A stretch of 53,262 bases of DNA from the IMG/VR virus record IMGVR_UViG_3300048582_000146, positions 1-53,262 of that record; one strand, given 5' to 3'. This DNA is from a virus (Duplodnaviria > Caudoviricetes). Position 1 is the stretch's first letter, and each line of letters begins with the position of its first letter. A program made the translations under genes and the position numbers. Shown here one piece after another: positions 17,218 to 27,053 of this stretch. The notes below the pieces were generated by a model. That model worked only from the letters and a program-made list of their open reading frames with translations, searched no databases and had not been told where the DNA came from.

Positions 17218-19035
17218 ATGCAAATAGTTGAATTTTTAAATGAATTTCACATTTCAATAAATTTTGGAAGGTGGAAAGAGAGAAACACCCAAATGATAAA
17301 AGGCATTTGTGTTGTGCAAGAGTGGAGCACCGATATTTTTACCGGGCAATACATTGATAACACAAAGTCAATAGGATATTGTTTAGCAAAACCGGAACAG
17401 ATAAATGTGCCTTACCAACATGAAAAAGATAATCAGAAAATTATCTGGAGAAAAAACATTTCTGCAGCACGTTGGAATCACACAAAAAAGGTCTGGGTTT
17501 TTCCTATTCACTGCAAAGAACAGGTGTATGAAGTTGGACAAAAATGCAAAGCTTCAATTATCAAAATTAAAGACAATCTTCCGGAGAAAGTAGATGAAAT
17601 TCCTGCTTTACCAAAACTAAAAATTAGCATTCCATTAAAAAAAGGAGCTATGAGAAGTTATCAGGAAGAAGGCGTTGCTCGTGGTTTAGAATTAAAAAGG
17701 TTTATTAATGGAGACCAACCAGGCTTGGGAAAAACACTTCAATCAATAGCTACGGTTGTTGGTGCAGAATTGCAAGGTGAAGTTACTTTTCCATGTCTGG
17801 TTGTTTGTCCATCTGCTTTAAAAATCAACTGGAAACGTGAGTTTGAAATGTGGACCGACAAAAAGGCTATGGTTTTAGATGATAAAATCAAAGATACTTA
17901 TCACCGGTTTTATGAAATGGGTTTGGCAGATGTTTTCATTGTAAACTATGAATCAATGAAAAAGTATTTTGTTAAGTCTATGCCTGATAAAAAGCATTTG
18001 AAACACTCAAGTGAGATTATCATGGATGATAGAACCAAGATGTTCAAATCGGTTATTGTAGATGAAAGTCACCGGCTAAAGGATCCTACTTCTATACAAG
18101 CTAAAATCTGTATTCAATTAACCAAATCAAAGCCATACATCATTTTACTTACCGGAACGCCGGTTGTAAACAAACCGATTGATTTATTTAGTCAGTTGGC
18201 CGTCATGTTTAAATTGGCACACTTTGGAGGTGAAAACGGATTCAAAGAAAGATACTGCGAAGGTGGCCGAGGTTCAGCAAACTTAAAAGAGCTCAATTAC
18301 TTAATGAATATGAGCTGCTACTTCATGCGAAAAAAGGAAGATGTATTAAAAGACCTTCCTCCATTGTCACGGCAAACAATCGTTTGTTCCATTACCACGC
18401 GTGAAGAATTTGATGTAGTTAAAAATGACTTTGCCAATTATTTAAAGAATACCGATTTAACTGATTCTGAAATCAAAAAGAAAGTCAGTTCTGAAACCAT
18501 CGTAAAAATTACAATGCTTCTTCAAATATCTGCTAAAGGTAAAATTGAAGCAGCTCAGGAATACATCGATGAAATTATTGGTTCAGGTCAAAAGATAGTG
18601 GTTTTCTGTAAACATAAAATCATTGTCGACATGCTAAAAAAACTATATCCAAGAGCCGTAACAGTTACCGGTAATGATGATGCATCTCAAAAGCAAAATT
18701 CTGTTGATAGCTTTCAGAATAAAGAAAGCACCAATATAATCATCTGCAACCATAAGGCCGCCGGTGTGGGTTTAACTCTAACCGCGAGTAGTGAAGTACT
18801 ATTTGTTGAACTTCCATGGACTCAGGCGGATTGTGAGCAAGCTGAGGCACGATGTCACCGTATGGGGCAACCCAGTAATGTAAGAGCAACTTATTTATTG
18901 GGTGAAGATACTTTGGACCAATGGCTTTATGATATCATTCAGGAGAAAAAAGCCATCGCAAATACCATTACAGGCACGGAAGACATTGTTCCCACAAGTA
19001 TTGTAAATAGAGTGTTTGACTTATTCAAGAAGTAA
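17218..19035 (+). CDS. SNF2-family helicase/translocase
   Basis: DQPGLGKT, DESH, LTGTP, GVGLTLTAS, QAEARCHRMGQ. Confidence 0.93.
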   Translation: MQIVEFLNEFHISINFGRWKERNTQMIKGICVVQEWSTDIFTGQYIDNTKSIGYCLAKPEQINVPYQHEKDNQKIIWRKNISAARWNHTKKVWVFPIHCKEQVYEVGQKCKASIIKIKDNLPEKVDEIPALPKLKISIPLKKGAMRSYQEEGVARGLELKRFINGDQPGLGKTLQSIATVVGAELQGEVTFPCLVVCPSALKINWKREFEMWTDKKAMVLDDKIKDTYHRFYEMGLADVFIVNYESMKKYFVKSMPDKKHLKHSSEIIMDDRTKMFKSVIVDESHRLKDPTSIQAKICIQLTKSKPYIILLTGTPVVNKPIDLFSQLAVMFKLAHFGGENGFKERYCEGGRGSANLKELNYLMNMSCYFMRKKEDVLKDLPPLSRQTIVCSITTREEFDVVKNDFANYLKNTDLTDSEIKKKVSSETIVKITMLLQISAKGKIEAAQEYIDEIIGSGQKIVVFCKHKIIVDMLKKLYPRAVTVTGNDDASQKQNSVDSFQNKESTNIIICNHKAAGVGLTLTASSEVLFVELPWTQADCEQAEARCHRMGQPSNVRATYLLGEDTLDQWLYDIIQEKKAIANTITGTEDIVPTSIVNRVFDLFKK

Positions 19036-19265
19036 TGGAACCGGTTAATTATGATTTGGCAGATGTCTTTCAAATAGCGATGTCGCCTGCTTATTATTTG
19101 CCTGACACTTATTTCATTTTTAGAAGTGAACGAGAGCAGATAGTTATTACAATCATCGGAAACACATTTATTTCAACGCACTTTCTTAATGGCGAAGAAA
19201 TCAATCACATCAAAAAATACTATCCTTTTTTGGAAATTATTAATTATAAAGTAAGAGCACGATAA
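19035..19265 (+). CDS. Hypothetical protein
   Basis: TAATG-coupled on both sides. Confidence 0.6.
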   Translation: MEPVNYDLADVFQIAMSPAYYLPDTYFIFRSEREQIVITIIGNTFISTHFLNGEEINHIKKYYPFLEIINYKVRAR

Positions 19266-20089
19266 TGGCTGAAAATAAAAAATCAATTGTTGTTTATTCA
19301 GATTGGATTGAATTATTTGAAAATTTAACTGACGATGAAGCCGGAAAACTCATTAAACATTTCTTCAGATATGTCAATGATAAGAATCCAATTGCACCCG
19401 ATCGACTAACTGAACTTTCATTTATTCCAATCAAACAATCTCTAAAAAGAGATTTACAGAAGTGGGAAAAAACACTTGAAGGCAGAAGCAGAGCGGGAAA
19501 AGCAAGTGCCGAAGCTAGAAAATTATCAAGTCAACAAATTTCAACAAATTCAACAAATGTTGAAAATCTTCAACAAAGCTCAACAAATCCAACTGATAGT
19601 GTAAGTGATAGTGTAAGTGATAGTGTAAGTGTTAGTGAGAATGTTAGTGATATTCTTTTAAAAAAAGAAACAAAAGAAAATACTCTTGTCAATTCAGTTG
19701 ATTTAAAAAATCAACCCGACCATGCAAAAATTGATTTTAACAAGCTTGTTTCTTTTTTTAATGCGAATAGAGGAGCTCTTCCGGAAGTCAAAAAACTTTC
19801 TGAAGCTCGAAAAAAAAGAATTTTCATTTTGGAAAAACAATATGGAAAAGAATCGATTCGAATTGCCATCGAAAAAACAAGAGAATCAGAATTTCTGCAA
19901 GGCAACAATTCAAACAATTGGATTGCTTCATTCGATTGGATTTTTAAACCGGCGAATTTTTTAAAAATTTTAGAAGACAATTATGCAAACAGAGAAAAAC
20001 CAAGAACTAACAATACACCAAAGTCAGACATTGAACATAAGCAAGACGCAGTCAGTGCAGTTAATGCAATGTTTGGTATCCAACAATGA
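19265..20089 (+). CDS. Replication initiator (DUF6291-like N-terminus)
   Basis: LTDDEAGKLIK N-terminus, low-complexity linker, FLQG..NWIASFDWIFKPANFLKILE C-terminus. Confidence 0.8.
   Translation: MAENKKSIVVYSDWIELFENLTDDEAGKLIKHFFRYVNDKNPIAPDRLTELSFIPIKQSLKRDLQKWEKTLEGRSRAGKASAEARKLSSQQISTNSTNVENLQQSSTNPTDSVSDSVSDSVSVSENVSDILLKKETKENTLVNSVDLKNQPDHAKIDFNKLVSFFNANRGALPEVKKLSEARKKRIFILEKQYGKESIRIAIEKTRESEFLQGNNSNNWIASFDWIFKPANFLKILEDNYANREKPRTNNTPKSDIEHKQDAVSAVNAMFGIQQ
19531..19629 (+). repeat. Iteron-like repeats, putative replication origin
   Basis: TCAACAAA x5 then TGATAGTGTAAG x3, inside the initiator gene. Confidence 0.6.
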
Positions 20090-20696
20090 AGTTGGATTAA
20101 TTGTTTTTGAAAAAAATTTAAGTCTTTCAAATGCTATTGATGGCACAAAACTAACAAAACTTGAAAAAGAAGTTGGAGAAGTAAACACCATCACCGCTAT
20201 ATGCTACTTGCTTAATCGTTTCAATTCAAATTTCAATGTTGGAAAATCGCTAACCGTTCAGCAAGCTGCTTTATTGGCTTCGGATATTGTAGAAAAATAT
20301 CCTTATGAAACCATTGAAGATATTGTTTTGATGCTCAAACAAGTTCGGCAAGGAATACTCGGAGACGGAAAGGATTATAAAGTTGACGGCCAGAATGTTT
20401 TAGCCAAATGGATGCCGGAGTATTTAGATAAAAAGTATGCTGAGGTTGAGCGAATTCATAAAATTGTTAAAAAGGCTGAAGAAACTGGAGAATCAGCAGT
20501 TGAAATTTTCTACAGAAAACGAAGAGAAGAAAAGAAAAGCCAAGAAGAATTGCAAAAGATTTATGATGAAATTGATAAAATGACGTCAGTAATGGACCGG
20601 CAAATGTTGGAGGACACTATCTCACATTGGGAGAAAGATGAAAATCTAAAAAAGCATATTGAGTATTTAAAACAAAAACGTAAAGCAATCAAATAA
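19983..20696 (+). CDS. Replication accessory protein (helicase loader/inhibitor-like); start may be 20064
   Basis: Overlaps the initiator gene, in the position of lambda P. Confidence 0.55.
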   Translation: MQTEKNQELTIHQSQTLNISKTQSVQLMQCLVSNNEVGLIVFEKNLSLSNAIDGTKLTKLEKEVGEVNTITAICYLLNRFNSNFNVGKSLTVQQAALLASDIVEKYPYETIEDIVLMLKQVRQGILGDGKDYKVDGQNVLAKWMPEYLDKKYAEVERIHKIVKKAEETGESAVEIFYRKRREEKKSQEELQKIYDEIDKMTSVMDRQMLEDTISHWEKDENLKKHIEYLKQKRKAIK

Positions 20697-20703
20697 CCAA
20701 ACC

Positions 20704-20901
20704 ATGTCACCAGAAGAAATAAAATCAAGATTAGAATCACTCAGACAAGCAATAACCGCTTTAGGATTCGAAGCAATCAATCAAAAAACGCCAATGAAGG
20801 TTGATGATATGCAAAAACTATTAAAGCCTTTCATCAACTTAGAAAATGCTTTTGATAGAGAAATAAGAAAGTTTGTCACTCAAAACAAACTCAATGGGTA
20901 A
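20704..20901 (+). CDS. Hypothetical protein
   Basis: ORF within the operon. Confidence 0.6.
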   Translation: MSPEEIKSRLESLRQAITALGFEAINQKTPMKVDDMQKLLKPFINLENAFDREIRKFVTQNKLNG

Positions 20902-21319
20902 GTTATTGATCGGAATAGATCCTGATGTAGATAAATCAGGAGTGGCCATGCTCCAAGACAACAAAATCAAACTTCAAAACTTAACCTTCTTCGAATTGTT
21001 TGATTTTTTAAAATTCTACAAAGAGCGAGAGGTAAAACCAACGGTTTATGTTGAATGTGGATATTTAAACAAATCCAATTGGCATAAGAAAGTTGGTAAA
21101 TCGGCAGCTATGAACACTAAAATCGGTGAAAGAACCGGAGCGAACTTTGAAACTGCAAAGAAGATTGTTGAAATGTGCAAATACTTAGGCTTGCCACATG
21201 TTGAAGTGAAGCCGACAGCTAAGAAAACGGATAGCGACTTCTTCCAAAAAGTTACCGGGTTAAAAATTAGAACTAACCAAGAGCAGCGAGACGCCTTGAT
21301 GTTAATCATCGGACGATAA
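20894..21319 (+). CDS. RuvC-like Holliday junction resolvase
   Basis: IGIDPDVDKSG...VYVE...RDA acidic RNase H-fold motifs. Confidence 0.72.
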   Translation: MGKLLIGIDPDVDKSGVAMLQDNKIKLQNLTFFELFDFLKFYKEREVKPTVYVECGYLNKSNWHKKVGKSAAMNTKIGERTGANFETAKKIVEMCKYLGLPHVEVKPTAKKTDSDFFQKVTGLKIRTNQEQRDALMLIIGR

Positions 21320-21349
21320 AATAAAAATTAATTCTAACAACGAGCAGAA

Positions 21350-21757
21350 ATGAAATCAACAGAAGCATTTAAAACAGCAATTCAAAATCATTTGGACCAA
21401 CTAGCAGCAAAGGATCCTTTGTTTGCTGAAACATTAAAAAAGGAAAACAAAAACATTGATGATTGTGTGACCTACATTCTCAATGAAGTTCAAAAATCAG
21501 GAGTCAACGGATTTGAAGATTCTGAGATATATGGCATGGCTGTTCACTATTACGATGAAGATGATATTAAACCAGGAAGAAGAACGACTGCAACAGTGGT
21601 TGTAAATCATGCTGTTGAGCTTTCAGAAGCCGACAAAGAAAAAGCCAAGCAGGCAGCAATTGACAAGGTTATTGAAGAGGAAAAGGAAAAAATGAGAATG
21701 AAAAAACAACCTAAAAAACAGGATAAACCAAATTTGGAAATTGATTTATTCAGTTAG
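21350..21757 (+). CDS. PcfK-like / AcrIIA9-family protein
   Basis: DPLFA...KNIDDCVTYILNEV.KSG..GF.D.EIYGMAVHYYDEDDI...VVVNH. Confidence 0.88.
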   Translation: MKSTEAFKTAIQNHLDQLAAKDPLFAETLKKENKNIDDCVTYILNEVQKSGVNGFEDSEIYGMAVHYYDEDDIKPGRRTTATVVVNHAVELSEADKEKAKQAAIDKVIEEEKEKMRMKKQPKKQDKPNLEIDLFS

Positions 21758-21759
21758 TT

Positions 21760-23103
21760 ATGAAGCCAAAAACTAGACTGCAGGTTGAGGTTTGGAATCT
21801 TACAAATAAGATTGGAGAACCGAAAGAGCATGAGCCTTTCATGATTTCCAAACATGATTTTTATTATACTACGCATTACAAGAACCTGGTATGTTTGGAA
21901 TGTAATCACATGTGGAAACCGGACGGACAGCTCTGGCATAATGAATTAGTTGGAACGAAATGTCCATCATGCCAAAAGAAGTTGAAATACATAAAAATTC
22001 AAAACGGAGTGAGTGCTTCAAGAATATTAATGTTTTCGCAAGTTCTTACAGTAGATAGATTTCAAGTATTTAGATATTTTTCATGTTGGAAACACATGAC
22101 AAAAAAGAATGTGCCTCATTATTATTTTCGAGCATTGTTTGAAGAATGGAAAGATTTTGATAAAGATAAAAGGGTTATAGTTGGTAGAACCATTTCGTAT
22201 AGTGGTGATGGATTTAGCACAACAGATTATGAAGTACGGCATGTAATGCAATCAGGCTGGAGAGCTCCAACGTATGACACTCTTGCATCAGATTTTAATT
22301 TACCAAAACCGCAATTTTTACCACGCTTTCATAAGTACGGACTAAAAGATGATTTTCATAACTGCGATTATCGTTTTCTTTTGAAGCAACTTGAATTGTC
22401 ACCAAAGATTGAAACCCTTCTTAAGACCAGACAAAAGGAGTTACTATTTACGGCGGTTCATAAACAAAGTCATCACAATAGATTTTGGCCACAAATAAAA
22501 ATTGTGATCAGACACAAGTATAAGATTAAAGATGCCGGGTTATGGTATGATTATCTTGAGCTCCTTCAATTCTTCAATAAGGATTTACACAGTCCAAAAT
22601 ACATTTGTCCGGATAATTTGAAAAAAGAGCATGACCGTTATGTGGCCAAGAAAAGAATTGTCGAGAAAAGACAAAAGCTCGAGGCACAAAAAAACAAAAT
22701 GGTCACCGATCAGAAGAACTATGAAAAAGAAAAGTCAATCTACTTTGGTTTAGCATTCGAAGAAAATCAAATCAGAATTGAAGTGATTGATACAGTTGAA
22801 AAGGTTTTGGAGTACGGCGATAAATTCAAACACTGTATTTACACCAATTCCTATTACAAGAAAAAAGATTCTTTGCTCTTAGTTGCCTTCGCTGATCAGG
22901 AACCTGTAGAAACAATTGAATTATCACTCACCAACTTTAAAGTTCTTCAATCTCGAGGGTTGCAAAACGAGGCAAGTAAATTCAATTCCCAAATCTTAGA
23001 ACTCATTTCTAAAAATGCCGGTAAAATAAAAAGCATAAAACCAGTAAAACCAAAAAAATCAAAAAGTAACAATTTAATTCAAGCGTATGAAAATCACAAT
23101 TAG
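21760..23103 (+). CDS. PcfJ-like protein
   Basis: N-terminal CxxC pairs, WYDYL..L, P.NLK.EHD, G..FKHCI, TIE, Q.RG.QN; follows pcfK. Confidence 0.88.
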   Translation: MKPKTRLQVEVWNLTNKIGEPKEHEPFMISKHDFYYTTHYKNLVCLECNHMWKPDGQLWHNELVGTKCPSCQKKLKYIKIQNGVSASRILMFSQVLTVDRFQVFRYFSCWKHMTKKNVPHYYFRALFEEWKDFDKDKRVIVGRTISYSGDGFSTTDYEVRHVMQSGWRAPTYDTLASDFNLPKPQFLPRFHKYGLKDDFHNCDYRFLLKQLELSPKIETLLKTRQKELLFTAVHKQSHHNRFWPQIKIVIRHKYKIKDAGLWYDYLELLQFFNKDLHSPKYICPDNLKKEHDRYVAKKRIVEKRQKLEAQKNKMVTDQKNYEKEKSIYFGLAFEENQIRIEVIDTVEKVLEYGDKFKHCIYTNSYYKKKDSLLLVAFADQEPVETIELSLTNFKVLQSRGLQNEASKFNSQILELISKNAGKIKSIKPVKPKKSKSNNLIQAYENHN

Positions 23104-24205
23104 CAGCTCGGCACTTTTAAAAAAATTACAAATCCTTGCAGGCGTTTTAAACTCCTCAAATTCAGGATTACCAATTTTAGATAACTTTCTCTTTGAAACA
23201 AAAGAAGATTATTTGGAGGTAACCGCATCGGATTTAGACACGACAATGAAAACCTATTTGATCGTGAGTTGTAAGGAAACCATGAAGTTTGCAGTGCCGG
23301 CACGAATTTTAATCGACATTTTAAAAACCTTGCCGGAGCAACCATTGGAATTTGATGTAAAGGAAAACAACACCATCGACATCAGTTCAACATCCGGAAA
23401 ATACAGCATCGCTTATTTTGATGCTGCAGCATTTCCAAAACAAAAGGAGATCAACAACCCATCTACAAGCGTATTGCCTGCAAAGATACTTTCAACAGCA
23501 ATCACCAAAACCATTTTTGCAACAGGAACCGATGATTTAAGACCGGTAATGACCGGAGTTTTCTTTGATCTTTCAACAACCGGACTTCGATTTGTGGCCA
23601 CCGATGCTCACAAGTTGGTTAAGTATTCCCGGACCGATTTAACAGCTTCGAAAGATTCACAATTCATCATGCCTAAAAAACCACTTAACGTTTTAAAATC
23701 GGTTTTGACAGGATTGGAAGAAGATGTTACGATTGAATACAATGAATCAAACGCTTCATTTTTGTTTGAAAGCTACATTTTACATTGCCGTTTGATTGAT
23801 GGGAAATATCCGAACTACGAAGCGGTTATTCCAAAAGACAATCCGAACCAATTAAAAATAAGCCGTCAGCAGTTTTTAAATTCTGTTAACTGTGTATCTA
23901 TCTTCTCAAACAAGCAAACCCATCAAATCCGATTGAACATCAAAGGAAATGAATTGAACATTTCGGCAGATGATCCGGATTACTCCAACAAAGCAGATGA
24001 GCGTTTGACTTGTGATTATACCGGCGAAGATATGCGGATTGGTTTTAACTCACGATTCATGACTGAAATGCTCAAGAATATGCAATCGGATGAAATTGTA
24101 TTGGAAATGTCACAACCCAACCGAGCGGGAATTTTAACGCAAGTAGATGGTTTGGAAGTTGGAGAAAGCCTTTTGATGCTGGTGATGCCTTCGGTTATAA
24201 ACTAA
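23087..24205 (+). CDS. dnaN: DNA polymerase III beta sliding clamp
   Basis: LPILDNFLF, ASDL, RPVMTGV, VATDAHKL, RLIDGKYPNYEAVIP, IGFN, MLVMP. Confidence 0.97.
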   Translation: MKITISSSALLKKLQILAGVLNSSNSGLPILDNFLFETKEDYLEVTASDLDTTMKTYLIVSCKETMKFAVPARILIDILKTLPEQPLEFDVKENNTIDISSTSGKYSIAYFDAAAFPKQKEINNPSTSVLPAKILSTAITKTIFATGTDDLRPVMTGVFFDLSTTGLRFVATDAHKLVKYSRTDLTASKDSQFIMPKKPLNVLKSVLTGLEEDVTIEYNESNASFLFESYILHCRLIDGKYPNYEAVIPKDNPNQLKISRQQFLNSVNCVSIFSNKQTHQIRLNIKGNELNISADDPDYSNKADERLTCDYTGEDMRIGFNSRFMTEMLKNMQSDEIVLEMSQPNRAGILTQVDGLEVGESLLMLVMPSVIN

Positions 24206-24206
24206 A

Positions 24207-24437
24207 ATGATTCCTCACATTGAAAACTGCTATTTCATTAGCAGAATCAACAATGTACTAATTGCAAACCTTATCGATGGAGAACAGATTCCATTGGTAA
24301 GGTTAAAGCAAAACTTTGTTGACATCATTGTTTTAGACAGGCAATCATGGGAATACATGCAACGGTATATGGAAATGTTTCCGCACTTATGGGAACTGAT
24401 TACCGAAGAAAAACAACAACAACTAACTCTTTTTTAA
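24207..24437 (+). CDS. Small protein with a C-terminal clamp-binding motif
   Basis: Ends QQQLTLF; directly follows dnaN. Confidence 0.65.
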   Translation: MIPHIENCYFISRINNVLIANLIDGEQIPLVRLKQNFVDIIVLDRQSWEYMQRYMEMFPHLWELITEEKQQQLTLF

Positions 24438-24440
24438 ATT

Positions 24441-24701
24441 ATGGATAAAAAGATACTTATGGTAGGATGTGATTATGCAACCATGCAAACAACAACTGCA
24501 ATTATAGAAAAAGTTTTAGGAGAGAGGCATGAAGTAATTATTGTAAATAACCACGAAGTTAAAAATCAACTTCGAGAACAAATTCTTAATAAACCAGAGC
24601 CAACGGTTATTAAAGCTCCGCCGGTAATGAGAGAATACATTTATTCATTCGATAAAAAAGGCAAACCATTACCAAAACCAAAATCTAAATATCACAAGTA
24701 A
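24441..24701 (+). CDS. Hypothetical protein
   Basis: ORF within the operon. Confidence 0.6.
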   Translation: MDKKILMVGCDYATMQTTTAIIEKVLGERHEVIIVNNHEVKNQLREQILNKPEPTVIKAPPVMREYIYSFDKKGKPLPKPKSKYHK

Positions 24702-24702
24702 A

Positions 24703-24942
24703 ATGGAAAAGAATTCAACCACAGATAGTCAAGCTAAATTGTTTGAGTTGCCTCATTCAAATCCATTAAATAATAACCGACTTACTTGTAATACTTGCGA
24801 ACACCGTCAAAGGCACCAATGCAATAGCAAAGTTTTTCAGTATTGCGGAGTTCGAAAAAGCAATAGAACTGATAACGGACTGCTCAAAATCAAATGTAAA
24901 ACCGAGGCGTGTTCGCTCTATAAACAAGAAAATAAATCATGA
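24703..24942 (+). CDS. Small Cys-rich (zinc-binding) protein
   Basis: CNTC...YC...KIKC...AC. Confidence 0.65.
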   Translation: MEKNSTTDSQAKLFELPHSNPLNNNRLTCNTCEHRQRHQCNSKVFQYCGVRKSNRTDNGLLKIKCKTEACSLYKQENKS

Positions 24943-25133
24943 CAGAAGAATTAAAGCAAAAGTTGATAGAAGCAGGGAGAGAAGATTTGATTAAAATACA
25001 TGAAATCAATCAGTCAGGCTATGCCGGTGTGCTGCCAAACGGAAACATAGTTGATAGAAGAGAGCATCCGGAAGCAATACCGGTACAGAAGAATTCAATG
25101 TTTAACATTCCAGAACCAAAAGATTTACCATGA
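24939..25133 (+). CDS. Conserved small phage protein
   Basis: SGYAGVLPNGNIVDRREHPEAIPVQKNS. Confidence 0.65.
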   Translation: MTEELKQKLIEAGREDLIKIHEINQSGYAGVLPNGNIVDRREHPEAIPVQKNSMFNIPEPKDLP

Positions 25134-25759
25134 AAGCACTTTCAATTAAACAACCCTATGCTCAATTAATTGTTGAAGGATTTAAAGACATCGAAAATAG
25201 AACCTTTAAAACTCATTACAGAGGCAAAATTTACATACACGCTTCAGGTAAATGGCATGATAGATTAAAAACAAATTCTCTTTTCACTAAAGGACAATGG
25301 TTAGATCTGGTAAATAAAAGTTCGCAGAGAACAAACAATCTGTACCGATACCTTGAGCAAAATGTTGCTACAATGAAACTCGAAACATACGCAATCATCG
25401 GAGAAGTCGAAATCATTGATTGCGTTTTACATCATCCTAGTGTTTGGTCTGAGAATGTAATGTCAATCGATACTGGTAAGCCAATTTGGAACTGGGTGCT
25501 TGCCAATCCTGTTCTCTATGATAAACCAATCCTAAACGTCAAAGGAAAATTATCATTTTGGGATATCGACAAAAACGAAATCATCAAAAATGCCTATGGT
25601 AGGTTTTACAATCCACAGTTACACCACTATTCAATGAGTGGTTACACCGACCCCAATCACTATTCAGAAGATGAATTGTATGAAATGCTTCAGGAAATCG
25701 AAATGGAATTTGGTGAGCATCGATGCAGACCAAAATTGTTAGCTAACATTTTAAAATAA
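25130..25759 (+). CDS. ASCH-domain protein
   Basis: ALSIKQPYA.LI..G.KDIENR...YRG.IYIHAS. Confidence 0.9.
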   Translation: MKALSIKQPYAQLIVEGFKDIENRTFKTHYRGKIYIHASGKWHDRLKTNSLFTKGQWLDLVNKSSQRTNNLYRYLEQNVATMKLETYAIIGEVEIIDCVLHHPSVWSENVMSIDTGKPIWNWVLANPVLYDKPILNVKGKLSFWDIDKNEIIKNAYGRFYNPQLHHYSMSGYTDPNHYSEDELYEMLQEIEMEFGEHRCRPKLLANILK

Positions 25760-25867
25760 ACTGGCCAAAAATCACAACTAATACATAGGCTGCAGTCATG
25801 CCTCCAGCGATTAAAAACAGAATACCTAACTCTTTTATAAATTGTTTCATATATCAAAAATACAAAA

Positions 25868-26056
25868 ATGGCCAAAATAAAACAACAAAGAAGTTTAGTT
25901 AAAGTGCCTTATTCGATAGGTAGATATAATTATAACGCTAGAAAAATAAACGGAGATTACTACGTATGGGATTGGGTTGAATTTTCAAAAGCAAAAACAA
26001 AAAGAGGTAGAGCTAATAAAGCAGCTAGAAGACAACGTAAATTAAATAATAAGTAA
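25868..26056 (+). CDS. Small basic hypothetical protein
   Basis: K/R-rich ORF. Confidence 0.5.
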   Translation: MAKIKQQRSLVKVPYSIGRYNYNARKINGDYYVWDWVEFSKAKTKRGRANKAARRQRKLNNK

Positions 26057-26068
26057 ATCACAAAAAAC

Positions 26069-26800
26069 ATGAAAACACAAATTGAATCAAGTACAGAATA
26101 TCACAAATTCGCATCCATCATAGGCAATCGCAACCTCAACATGAGCAAAATCGAAAAGATTTGCAATGATGTGGCCAATGGTTTTAATATGTTGGCTTAC
26201 TATCCGATCATTTGCTACAAAGACAATGATTTGCTAAAAATAATCGACGGCCAACATCGCTTTGAAGTTTCCAAACGAACAGAAACTCCGGTTTATTTCA
26301 TTGTTTGTGACAACATTTCCTTGAAGCAAATCGCAATACTAAATTCAAGGGGTGAAAAATGGAAGCCAACAGATTTCCTAAACTGCTACATCAAACTCGG
26401 CATCAAAGACTATGAAGACGTAAGAGCTTTAATGATTAGCCATCACATCAACATAAAGCTTGCAGTGGATCTATTGATGGATTTTAGACATCACGGTGGC
26501 CAACCATCAACCGAAGCATTTCAGGATGGAAACTTCAAAAGCAATTACCTAACAGAAACAATTGCCTTATTGGATGAGATAGGTGCTGTCTTCGGAAGAT
26601 ATAAATTTTGCTATGACCGTTATTTAGTTGGAGCATTTTTAAAACTCAAAGCAGTAGGCAAAACAGACTTCGAAGAACTGAAAACAAAAATAGAGATGGC
26701 TCCGATGATGATGGACAAACAAGTTGACATGAAAGGTTACCTCAACAATATCGAGCGTGTTTACAATTATAAAAACTCAATTCGACGAACTATTTTCTAA
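26069..26800 (+). CDS. ParB/Srx N-terminal domain protein
   Basis: GNRNLN...PII...IIDGQHRF. Confidence 0.8.
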   Translation: MKTQIESSTEYHKFASIIGNRNLNMSKIEKICNDVANGFNMLAYYPIICYKDNDLLKIIDGQHRFEVSKRTETPVYFIVCDNISLKQIAILNSRGEKWKPTDFLNCYIKLGIKDYEDVRALMISHHINIKLAVDLLMDFRHHGGQPSTEAFQDGNFKSNYLTETIALLDEIGAVFGRYKFCYDRYLVGAFLKLKAVGKTDFEELKTKIEMAPMMMDKQVDMKGYLNNIERVYNYKNSIRRTIF

Positions 26801-26815
26801 AACAACCCAAACCCT

Positions 26816-27049
26816 ATGCAAATTATCACAGTTCAAGAAATCGAAGCCACAAAAGTTTACAAAGACGCTTCTTTCCTAGCCAAACAGTTTTTAATTAAAC
26901 GAGCCAACAGAGAAATGATCAACAATGCAATAGTTGTCCATCGCAACACAGGAGAAATACCCGGCAACATTGATGGAAGAAATCTACTTCTCGTAAAAGA
27001 GTTAGTCAGACCTCATCACATTCAAAACAATCCGGAACCAAAAATTTAG
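26816..27049 (+). CDS. Hypothetical protein
   Basis: ORF within the operon. Confidence 0.55.
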   Translation: MQIITVQEIEATKVYKDASFLAKQFLIKRANREMINNAIVVHRNTGEIPGNIDGRNLLLVKELVRPHHIQNNPEPKI

Positions 27050-27053
27050 AATC

